NCBI GenBank assembly: GCA_900548005.1 | Contig: URIZ01000001.1 | Location: 93,756-157,755 of the forward strand | Reading direction: 5' to 3' | Length of the DNA stretch: 64,000 nucleotides | From: an uncultured Eubacteriales bacterium | GTDB lineage: Bacteria > Bacillota > Clostridia > Christensenellales > CAG-917 | Shown: positions 53,811-61,943 of the stretch, piece by piece | Position numbering within the stretch: the stretch's first letter is position 1 | Layout of the letters: the number at the start of each line of letters is the position of its first letter | Program-made: the position numbers and the translations under genes | The notes under the pieces: model-generated | Seen by the model: only the letters and a program-made list of their open reading frames with translations | Told to the model about the DNA's origin: nothing | Database searches by the model: none

Positions 53811-53915
53811 GTCATGTTGAGCATAGTCGAAACATCCAGCCGCAAGGCGCATATCTTGTTTTTTCTTTTCGCTACGCTAGATTCTTCGATGCTCTCAGAA
53901 TGACACGGAATATTG
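53811..53915 (-). repeat. Second modular block (inverted counterpart of 26420-26502)
   Basis: GTCATGTTGAGCATAGTCGAAACATCCAGCCGCAAGGCGCAT...CGCTACGCTAGATTCTTCGATGCTCTCAGAATGACACGG aligns at about 80% with the reverse complement of 26420-26502. Confidence 0.75.
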
Positions 53916-53997
53916 GAATTTTACCGCTTAAAGCAAGCGATGCCGTTGCCGCGATGACGGCTTTTGTTCATTATTCATTATTTATTACTAATTAAGT

Positions 53998-54028
53998 AAA
54001 AAAACACACTCAGTTAAGTGTGTTTTTT
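53998..54028. terminator. Bidirectional terminator (serves the convergent antiporter gene)
   Basis: AAAAAAACACACT-CAGTT-AAGTGTGTTTTTT. Confidence 0.75.
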
Positions 54029-54052
54029 GTGTGTTTAGAATATCCCAAAAAC

Positions 54053-55453
54053 TTATTTTTCGTCGTTTTTGAGCGTTGAATCGTCTTGCGATTGATTGGA
54101 TAAATCGGAAGTGGCTGACGTGGTGTTGTCGGTGGGAGTTCCGTTCGGGCTGTCCGAAATAGTGGGGGCTTGCGAGCCGTTTGAGCCGTCCGACAGGGCG
54201 GGGGTGAGCGGTTGATTGAGCACGGTGTCCGGTAGTTCCTTGCGATAGGAAAGCTTCAAGAGCAAGGGGGTGAGCAAGGACGATACGATGATGAGAATAA
54301 GCACGAAGGGCATAATCGAGTCGTCCACGATGCCGCTGTCCACGCCTTTCTGGGTGCAAACGAGCACGACTTCCGCTCTTGCCATCATACCGATGCCGAC
54401 TCTGAGGCTGTCCTTGAAAGAGTATTTGCACGATAGTGCGCCAAGACCGCAACCGAGCACTTTGCCCACAAGACCTGCTGCTATGAAAGCAAAGCCGAAG
54501 CCTACGATGTGGGGGCTGATGCCTGTGAAGTTGGCGTTGATGCCGATGTTGGCAAAGAACACGGGGGCGAAAATCATGTAGTTGCTCACTTCGACTTTTC
54601 TGTCGATATAGCCCGATTCCGTGAGAGTGGAGAGCATGATACCCGCAACGTATGCGCCCGTGATATCCGCAACGCCGAACCATTCTTCTGCCGCATAGGC
54701 GAAAAGGAAGCACATTGCAAAGCCGATGATGGGGATACGTCTGTGGTGTTCGGGGTGGCGTTTGAGATAGTGTTTCAAGCAAAAGTGCGCCACGACGCCC
54801 ACAGCGATAGCCGCCGCAAAGAAACCGATCATTTTACCGATTGCGATACCCACGCCGCTCAAATCTTCGCCCTTGTCAAGACTTATGAAAAGGGAGAGAA
54901 GAATGACGCCGATGATGTCGTCAAGGATAGCAGCGGCGATGATTGAAGTGCCGACTTTGGAGTTGATTTTGCCGAGTTCTTTGAGCACTGCGACGGTTAT
55001 GCTGACGCTGGTTGCGGCAAGGATTGCGCCGTAGAACAGGTTGGTGATGACTTGGTGCTGGCTCATATTGACGAAACCGCCGTTGAAAGCCGCCGACACG
55101 ATGAAACCGAGTCCCACGGGGAAGATGACGCCCAAAGACGTGATGATGACGGACGGCAAGCCGCAAGTTTTGAATTGTTTGAGATCTGTTTCAAGACCTG
55201 CCGAGAACATGATCAATATCACGCCGATTTTGGCAAGGAAGGAAAGACCTTCTATCGTATCCTCGGTGAAGATGGTTTGGTTTGGGATGTATTTGATAAA
55301 TCCGAGCAAAATGCCTGCAATGAGCATGCCCACCACTTGCGGAAGTCCCAACTTTTTGCCGAGCAAGGCGAAAAACTTGGTTGCGAGCAAGATGAGAGCG
55401 AGCGGCAGCAAGATCTCGAAATAGTTTATTTGCGATAGCGATTGAGCAAACAT
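54053..55453 (-). CDS. Cation:proton antiporter (CPA2/Kef-NapA type)
   Basis: About 12 TM helices. N-terminal LGLPQVVGMLIAGILLG, a SAGLETDL block and AAAILDDIIGVILLS are typical of the Na_H_Exchanger family. Polar C-terminal tail. Confidence 0.8.
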   Translation of the reverse strand: MFAQSLSQINYFEILLPLALILLATKFFALLGKKLGLPQVVGMLIAGILLGFIKYIPNQTIFTEDTIEGLSFLAKIGVILIMFSAGLETDLKQFKTCGLPSVIITSLGVIFPVGLGFIVSAAFNGGFVNMSQHQVITNLFYGAILAATSVSITVAVLKELGKINSKVGTSIIAAAILDDIIGVILLSLFISLDKGEDLSGVGIAIGKMIGFFAAAIAVGVVAHFCLKHYLKRHPEHHRRIPIIGFAMCFLFAYAAEEWFGVADITGAYVAGIMLSTLTESGYIDRKVEVSNYMIFAPVFFANIGINANFTGISPHIVGFGFAFIAAGLVGKVLGCGLGALSCKYSFKDSLRVGIGMMARAEVVLVCTQKGVDSGIVDDSIMPFVLILIIVSSLLTPLLLKLSYRKELPDTVLNQPLTPALSDGSNGSQAPTISDSPNGTPTDNTTSATSDLSNQSQDDSTLKNDEK

Positions 55454-55753
55454 AGTATCATCTCTTTTGCATTTTTCAATGCCGTACTTTTAATATTTTT
55501 TTAACTACAATGTTATACGCTCTTTGCGACGATTTCGTCAAGCGGTTGATGAAAAGTTGACAGCGAAAATACACACTTCGTCGAATAATTATGCCGATAA
55601 TGTACGTTTGTAGCGCAAAAACGCGCTTATAAACCCTCGCAAATCGCAATATTTGGTTTTTATTTGACAAGATTATATATAATTGATAAAATTATAAAGT
55701 AAATGCGCAAATCGTATTGACAACACAACACTTGTTTTGCGCAAGGAGAAGAA

Positions 55754-56179
55754 TTGGATTTTCTATCGTTCCTGACACAAGTGATAGGCTATCTCGTCGG
55801 TTTTGCAAAGACGATAGCGGGGCTTGTGGCAATAGCGTTGATATTTATGCTGATAAGATGTTTGCCAAGTCGAATGCGCGCCTTTGTGTCTACGTGCGCG
55901 ACTGTGGTGATCACTTTCGCATTGTTCAAAACTTCTGTTGAAAACTTCGGATTGTTCGTCGTCAAGACGGCTATCATACATTTGGCAATAGCGGGTATCG
56001 TGACGATCACGGTGCTTCGCGTGCTTATAGCAATCGTGGCGTTTTTGCCGCGCAGATTCGTCCAAGGGCAGACCGTGGCTATCCCAATAGAGATACGGCA
56101 TCGGCGTCTTGCGTCTTCGAGGCGAAGCATCATCGCGTCCAACGCGTATTTGCAAACTTCCCCAATCATCATTCAATGA
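55754..56179 (+). CDS. Hypothetical small membrane protein (141 aa, TTG start)
   Basis: AAGGAG lies 5 nt upstream of the TTG. Four hydrophobic segments are followed by an Arg-rich tail. It is overlapped by antisense ORFs of similar length, so it is uncertain. Confidence 0.4.
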   Translation: MDFLSFLTQVIGYLVGFAKTIAGLVAIALIFMLIRCLPSRMRAFVSTCATVVITFALFKTSVENFGLFVVKTAIIHLAIAGIVTITVLRVLIAIVAFLPRRFVQGQTVAIPIEIRHRRLASSRRSIIASNAYLQTSPIIIQ

Positions 56180-56284
56180 GAACTTTTTGACACTCGTGCA
56201 AACGGGTGATTTTGACGTGTTGCGCGCGTATGTGCGCACGCGTATAAGCATGCTTTACCATGCAAAAATACAACAGGAGATAAT

Positions 56285-57142
56285 TTGATTATGTTAAAAG
56301 TTGAAAACCTTGTAAAAAAATATCCAAAGAGCGACAGACTTGCAGTCGACAACATTTCTTTTGAATTGAGACCGGGCGAAATCTTCGGATTTCTCGGACA
56401 AAACGGCGCGGGTAAATCCACGACCATAAAGTGCTTGACGGGCATTTTGCCTTTTGACAGCGGCACGATCACCATTTGCGGACACGACATCGTCAAAGAG
56501 CCTATCAAGGCAAAAATGGAGATGGGCTACGTCCCCGACAACCACTCCGTCTACGAAAGACTCACGGGCAGAGAATACGTCAACTATGTTGCCGACCTTT
56601 ACAAAGTGCCCGCGCTTGTGAGAACGGAGCGTATCGACCGTTATGCCAAGCTCTTCAAGCTTGAAAACGCAATCGACAGACAAATCAAGTCCTACTCGCA
56701 CGGCATGAAACAAAAGATTTGTATCATCGCCGCTCTCATCCACGATCCGAAACTTTGGGTGCTTGACGAGCCTATGATGGGACTCGATCCGCAATCCACG
56801 GCGGAAATCATCTCGTATATGAGAGAGCATTGCGCAAAGGGCAACACCGTATTCTTCTCAAGCCACAACCTTGACCTTGTCAAGAAACTTTGCCACAGAG
56901 CCGCAATCGTCAACGACGGACATCTCATTGACGTCATCGACCTTGCAGGCAACGAAGCGAACAAGGCAAACCTTGAAGAGACCTTCTTCAAAGTCACCGG
57001 CACGTACGAACAAAGATTGTTTGAAGACTACATTGCCCAAGAGAGCGCGGATATGCGCCCCGAGATGCCGAGCGAAAATAACGAAGCGCAAAGCATCGAA
57101 GAATTTGTGGAATCAACCGAAAACAAGGGGGACGAGCAATAA
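56285..57142 (+). CDS. ABC transporter ATP-binding protein (ABC-2/DrrA-like)
   Basis: Walker A GQNGAGKST, signature YSHGMKQK, Walker B LWVLDEPMMGLD, and an acidic C-terminal tail. The start is either TTG at 56285 or ATG at 56291, after AGGAG. Confidence 0.9.
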   Translation: MIMLKVENLVKKYPKSDRLAVDNISFELRPGEIFGFLGQNGAGKSTTIKCLTGILPFDSGTITICGHDIVKEPIKAKMEMGYVPDNHSVYERLTGREYVNYVADLYKVPALVRTERIDRYAKLFKLENAIDRQIKSYSHGMKQKICIIAALIHDPKLWVLDEPMMGLDPQSTAEIISYMREHCAKGNTVFFSSHNLDLVKKLCHRAAIVNDGHLIDVIDLAGNEANKANLEETFFKVTGTYEQRLFEDYIAQESADMRPEMPSENNEAQSIEEFVESTENKGDEQ

Positions 57143-58848
57143 TGAAAGGCGAATTCTCCATGCAGAGTGTGAGAACGCTCTTCCGTCTCGATCTCAAATC
57201 GAGATACGGCGTGACAAACACCGACAAGAAGGCTTGGAAACAAAAGCTCGGACAAGTGGGCAATGCGTTTTTCTTCCTTCTCGTGTATGCGGTTCTTATC
57301 GTTGGCATTTATTATCTTACAAACTTGTTCGTGACTCGCTCGGGGCTTAGAATCGAATTTTTGGTCATCGTTGCGACGTTTACGATCTGCCTTGCGACGA
57401 TAATCGCAACGGGCAGCGTTATAAAGAACCTATACCAGAACGGCGACAACGAGATGCTGCTGCGATTCCCCGTCAGCGGAAAGGAAATTCTCGTTGCAAA
57501 ATCCATCTACTGCTATTTGCACAACCTTGTGGTGTGCTTGCTCTTGATGTTGCCTTTCTACATATCCTTCGGCGTGATCACCAACGCGTCGGTGGGCGAC
57601 TACTTTGCGTATATCGGGATTGTGTTGTTCTCAACGCTCTTCCCGTTCTTTATCGCAAACATACTCGCAGTGCCCGTCATGAAGGTCATGAACGCGGTGA
57701 AGAACCAATTCCTTCTCGTGCTCATCTTCACGATCATCATCGTGTGCGCGGTGTTCATCTTGTATCTCGTGTCCCTGTCCAACGTTTTGAACTATCTCAA
57801 AAACAGCAAGCAGAACATTTTCTCTGCGGACATGATTGAAAGATACCGCAAATTTGCCGAATTTGCCTATCCGTTCAAGTGGTATGCCGAGATTCTCAAC
57901 GGCATGAAGTACGGCGGACTTTCGGGCGGACAATACGCGCTCCGTTTCTTGTATCTCATTCTCATCAACGTAGTGTTGGGAGTGGGGGCGTACTTTGTTT
58001 CGACAAGAGAGTATTACAAGACGATCCTTTATGGCATCGAAACGCAAAAAGCGTCTTTCAAAAAGAAAATCAAAGACAAACGCCGTCCCGTCGGTTATGC
58101 GCTTTTCAGACGGGAGTTCTATCTCATTTTGAGAAGTTTCAACTATTCCTTCCAATATTTCGCAATGGCATGCGCCGCGCCTGTCATGGTGTTCTTCTGC
58201 AACCGCCTTGCCGCAACTATGGGAACGGAAAGCATCGGCGCTGGCATTATGCCGGGACTTACGCTGATGGTCATTGTCATCTTCATCACGATCATCGTGT
58301 CGTTTGCCTCAACGTGTATCTCAAGAGAAGGCTCGAGTTTCTATCACACAAAGGTCATTCCCGTCAGCTACACCAATCAAATTCTCGTCAAATTCATCCT
58401 GTATTCGCTCACGGGCACGATCTCGGTTGCGCTGTGCTGCGCGATTTCGGGCGGCTACTATACGAGCGATATGGGCAAACATCTGCTCACTCCGCTTGAC
58501 GTAGGCGCAATATTCGGTATTGCGGAAATGCTTGTCATCAGCTTGACTTGTCTTAGTATGGTGGCGGACATCAAGTCTCCGACGTTCAACGTGTCGGGTG
58601 ACGGCGAGCTTGTCGCGGCAAACAAAAACGTTGCTCTTGCAATGATCGTGGGCATCGTGGTTGCCATCGCATACGGTTTGTTTGCAATGGTGTTCAGCTT
58701 CCTTCCGCTTCCGTTCGGCTACATCGGCGGCAGCAAGATGGGCACAATCTATCTTGTGCTTGCAATAGTGTCGATCGTGTTGCTCGCTTGCTCGATTACG
58801 GCTCTTTTCGTAAACTTGAACAAGCGTTATCAAAAGATCATCCCGTAA
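57142..58848 (+). CDS. Large polytopic ABC-exporter permease (putative ABC exporter family, 568 aa)
   Basis: One-nt overlap with the ATPase stop. At least 10 TM segments in two halves. No canonical EAA loop, which is consistent with ABC-2/exporter-type permeases. Confidence 0.7.
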   Translation: MKGEFSMQSVRTLFRLDLKSRYGVTNTDKKAWKQKLGQVGNAFFFLLVYAVLIVGIYYLTNLFVTRSGLRIEFLVIVATFTICLATIIATGSVIKNLYQNGDNEMLLRFPVSGKEILVAKSIYCYLHNLVVCLLLMLPFYISFGVITNASVGDYFAYIGIVLFSTLFPFFIANILAVPVMKVMNAVKNQFLLVLIFTIIIVCAVFILYLVSLSNVLNYLKNSKQNIFSADMIERYRKFAEFAYPFKWYAEILNGMKYGGLSGGQYALRFLYLILINVVLGVGAYFVSTREYYKTILYGIETQKASFKKKIKDKRRPVGYALFRREFYLILRSFNYSFQYFAMACAAPVMVFFCNRLAATMGTESIGAGIMPGLTLMVIVIFITIIVSFASTCISREGSSFYHTKVIPVSYTNQILVKFILYSLTGTISVALCCAISGGYYTSDMGKHLLTPLDVGAIFGIAEMLVISLTCLSMVADIKSPTFNVSGDGELVAANKNVALAMIVGIVVAIAYGLFAMVFSFLPLPFGYIGGSKMGTIYLVLAIVSIVLLACSITALFVNLNKRYQKIIP

Positions 58849-58860
58849 GGAGAGAACCAC

Positions 58861-61800
58861 ATGAAAAAAGCTATGGTCGGTATTCTCATCCTTATCCCGA
58901 TCCTGATCCTTGTCATTGTCGCAATGGTGTCCAACATCGTGTCCATGCAAGCGTGGATAAGCGTCGAAGACTTGCTCATCACGGAGAAGGGGACGGAGCG
59001 TGCCGCAGACACTATCACTTTGTCGCTTGACGCAATCAGGGGCAAGACCGTCAGCGTTTTCGATTACGTGGACGTCAAAGTGCTTCCCGAGAAGGCGAAC
59101 AAGTATACGATAGAGTGGAAAGTGGACAGCAACGTCACCTATACGGATGAAGACTACCAAGAAAGATACGCCGCGTATCTTGTCGAGTACAATCGCGTAA
59201 GGGCGGAGATCGAAGGGGAATATCCCACCTTCTCAACCCCCGAAAAACAAAACGCGTACAACTTGGCAAAACTCAAATACGCGTCCGACTCGACAAAGAT
59301 CATCGACGAGATGACTCGCTCGCTTGTTGGAAGGATGTCACCGGCGGTTGCTTTTGTGGGGGATGACGGCTTCACGGTCGATTCCAACTCCACGGGCAAG
59401 TTTGTCGCCTCGTCCTATTGCAATTTCACCGTCAAGGTGGTTGCAGAAAACGTTTCAAAAACTTTGTCCGTTTCCGTTGTCGGTGACAACGTAGAAAGAG
59501 TCACTCTCGGCAATTTGAACGGCGAAGACAACAATATCAAGGTTGGTCAATCAAGACGTCTTGTACCGACCTACACTCCGATTGACAGCATAGTCAATCA
59601 CACCGTGTGGCAAAGCGACAAGCAAGACGTTGCGACAGTCGATCAAAACGGCGTTGTCAAGGCTCTCAAAGCCGGCAGCGCAAACATCACCGTCAAGGCA
59701 AGCGTTCACTCCACCGAGAAAGGTGAAATCGCATACGTTGAGAGCGGCAAGTACACAATCAACGTCACGGCGGACGGCGCAAGCAGCGTGTACGGAGATA
59801 CGCTTTATACGGCGGCTCGCAGCCGCAGCTTGACGCTCGCTCAATTGGGACTTTCAAGCGGCGCAACGGCTGTTGAAGGTTGCGAGATTTCGGGCAATGA
59901 AGTCAAAATAACGGCGGAAAAAGCCGTCATTCGCACGGCAAACGGCGATTTTGTCGTATATGCAGTGGAAGACGGCGCAATCTCGATCGAAAACGCAAGT
60001 TTCTTTGAAAACAAGGAAAACGGCTATGTTTTGGCAGTGGGCGATCACACGCTCAAGCTCTCGGCTGTATTTGCGGATCAACTTGCAACTTCCGCCGTTG
60101 GCAACGTGAATTGGACGTCTTCGGACACCGACGTGGCAACCGTTTCGGCAAACGGTGAAGTCAAGGGCGTCAAAAACGGATACGTCACCGTCACCGCAAC
60201 CGCGGACAACGGCAAGAGCACGTCCATAACTCTCAATGTGCGCAACAAACTTGCATCCCTTCAACTTCGCACTTCCGACTCGTCACTTGCGGTCGGTATG
60301 GCAAAAGAAACCGTGTTTGCAAGCGAAAGATACAAAAACGGCGCATTTGAAAAAGAAGCCAACTTCATGAACGTGGTCGTTCAAGGCGAGCCGAGAGATG
60401 CAACCGAGGCTCAACTTGCCGATTTCTACGAATCATACAAGTTCGAGATCGTGTCGGGCGGCGAATATGCGCATTTCGATACTACTGTGGCAAACAAGCT
60501 CGTGTTTGACTCCGCTCTCGAAGGCAAGATGAAACAGAATATTGTCGTGCGCGTGAGCGCGCGCTATCCAAAGCATGAAGGCATGAGCAAGTTCACCACC
60601 GAAGACGTGACAATCACTGCCGTTTACGGTGTGAGCGTATCCGACATCGATCAGCTGCTCAAAGCCGTGCAAGAGCAAAAGGCGTATGCGTACAAAGAAG
60701 GCAACTTCGTCCCCGCAGTCACCCGCTTTCAACATCAGAACGGCGATGACAAATACATCGTGCAAGAAAACGAGAGTTCTCTCAACACCTATGCGGTGTG
60801 TCTCACTCAAAACTGTGCCTACAAAGTCGTGTATGACGAAAACGGCAAGGTCGTGGGCATCGGCGACAGAGAGGGCAGAGCTCAGTTCTACGGCGATTTG
60901 TATGGCAACAACCACATGATCTCGGCAATCACGGGGCAGGTGGATCACCAACTAATCCGCATATCTTGGAGCAATTTGACCGTGTCCAACGTCATCTTGC
61001 GCGGAAACTCTTCTCCCGAAGACAAGGAGATAAACAACGCGCAGGACACAAAGTCGTTCAAGGGCGATTTGGTCATTCTCGGCAGCGACGTGCATTGGGA
61101 CTATTATAGATTGGTCAACGTCAAGTTCGAGTACTGCATTTTGGAAAACGGCGTCAACGGTTTCTCCTGTCGTAACAACGATTTGCAACTTAACGGCTGC
61201 GTCATCCGCAACTTGCTCGCATCGGGCATAACCACGCCGCAACGCGTGTGTTACAGGGATGAAGACAAAGCAAATCACCCGTATTATTCGCACGTGAAAT
61301 TGCACAATCTCGTGTTTTCCAACACGCTCGGCTCGCTGCTTGTCATCACCAATGAGAAGTTTGCCGTCAAACCGACTGCGGACGGAAAAGGCGAATATCG
61401 TTTCGTCCCCGGCGACGAAGAGGCAAACTACAAATACGCCATAGAACATTTCTACAGCAAAGGCATCAACTGCGAAGTGGAGCAAACGGGATTCTTGGAA
61501 GCGTACAACTGGCAAGACGTGTCCAACGCCAAATTGTTCTTCACGGGTGACGACTACTACGATTTGCTCATTCAACAGGCAAGCGAGGCGGTGCTCAGAT
61601 TCAACAGCGCGTTTGAAAACTATCGCTACGTAGACTCAAACAACACTTGCTGGTTGCACGTTGCGATCGTGGCGGCGGGACTTTCGTTTGACGGCACGGG
61701 TATGTACACCGAAGTGCCTATGCCCAAGATCTCTCTTGCCAACATGGAAGACTACTACACGCTCGACACTCGCACAATGAAGGTGGAAAGCAAAGAATTC

Positions 61801-61932
61801 CTCGGCATTGCCGCCGAAAAACTTCTCATGGGTATGCCGTTCTTTGTTTACGGCTATCCCAACAATGCAAAAATCATGCCGTATTCGACCTACACGTTGA
61901 ATGCCGCATTTATCGACAGAATGCACAACTAA
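58861..61932 (+). CDS. Membrane-anchored surface protein with Big_2 (bacterial Ig-like) domains and a possible C-terminal beta-helix (1023 aa)
   Basis: AAGGAG ribosome-binding site and an N-terminal TM anchor (VGILILIPILILVIVAMV). Big_2 signatures: VATVDQNGVVKALKAGSANITVKA and VATVSANGEVKGVKNGYVTVTATA. The C-terminal part has beta-helix-like repeats (NLTVSNVILRGN...), judged by eye only. Confidence 0.75.
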   Translation: MKKAMVGILILIPILILVIVAMVSNIVSMQAWISVEDLLITEKGTERAADTITLSLDAIRGKTVSVFDYVDVKVLPEKANKYTIEWKVDSNVTYTDEDYQERYAAYLVEYNRVRAEIEGEYPTFSTPEKQNAYNLAKLKYASDSTKIIDEMTRSLVGRMSPAVAFVGDDGFTVDSNSTGKFVASSYCNFTVKVVAENVSKTLSVSVVGDNVERVTLGNLNGEDNNIKVGQSRRLVPTYTPIDSIVNHTVWQSDKQDVATVDQNGVVKALKAGSANITVKASVHSTEKGEIAYVESGKYTINVTADGASSVYGDTLYTAARSRSLTLAQLGLSSGATAVEGCEISGNEVKITAEKAVIRTANGDFVVYAVEDGAISIENASFFENKENGYVLAVGDHTLKLSAVFADQLATSAVGNVNWTSSDTDVATVSANGEVKGVKNGYVTVTATADNGKSTSITLNVRNKLASLQLRTSDSSLAVGMAKETVFASERYKNGAFEKEANFMNVVVQGEPRDATEAQLADFYESYKFEIVSGGEYAHFDTTVANKLVFDSALEGKMKQNIVVRVSARYPKHEGMSKFTTEDVTITAVYGVSVSDIDQLLKAVQEQKAYAYKEGNFVPAVTRFQHQNGDDKYIVQENESSLNTYAVCLTQNCAYKVVYDENGKVVGIGDREGRAQFYGDLYGNNHMISAITGQVDHQLIRISWSNLTVSNVILRGNSSPEDKEINNAQDTKSFKGDLVILGSDVHWDYYRLVNVKFEYCILENGVNGFSCRNNDLQLNGCVIRNLLASGITTPQRVCYRDEDKANHPYYSHVKLHNLVFSNTLGSLLVITNEKFAVKPTADGKGEYRFVPGDEEANYKYAIEHFYSKGINCEVEQTGFLEAYNWQDVSNAKLFFTGDDYYDLLIQQASEAVLRFNSAFENYRYVDSNNTCWLHVAIVAAGLSFDGTGMYTEVPMPKISLANMEDYYTLDTRTMKVESKEFLGIAAEKLLMGMPFFVYGYPNNAKIMPYSTYTLNAAFIDRMHN

Positions 61933-61943
61933 GGAGCGACACG

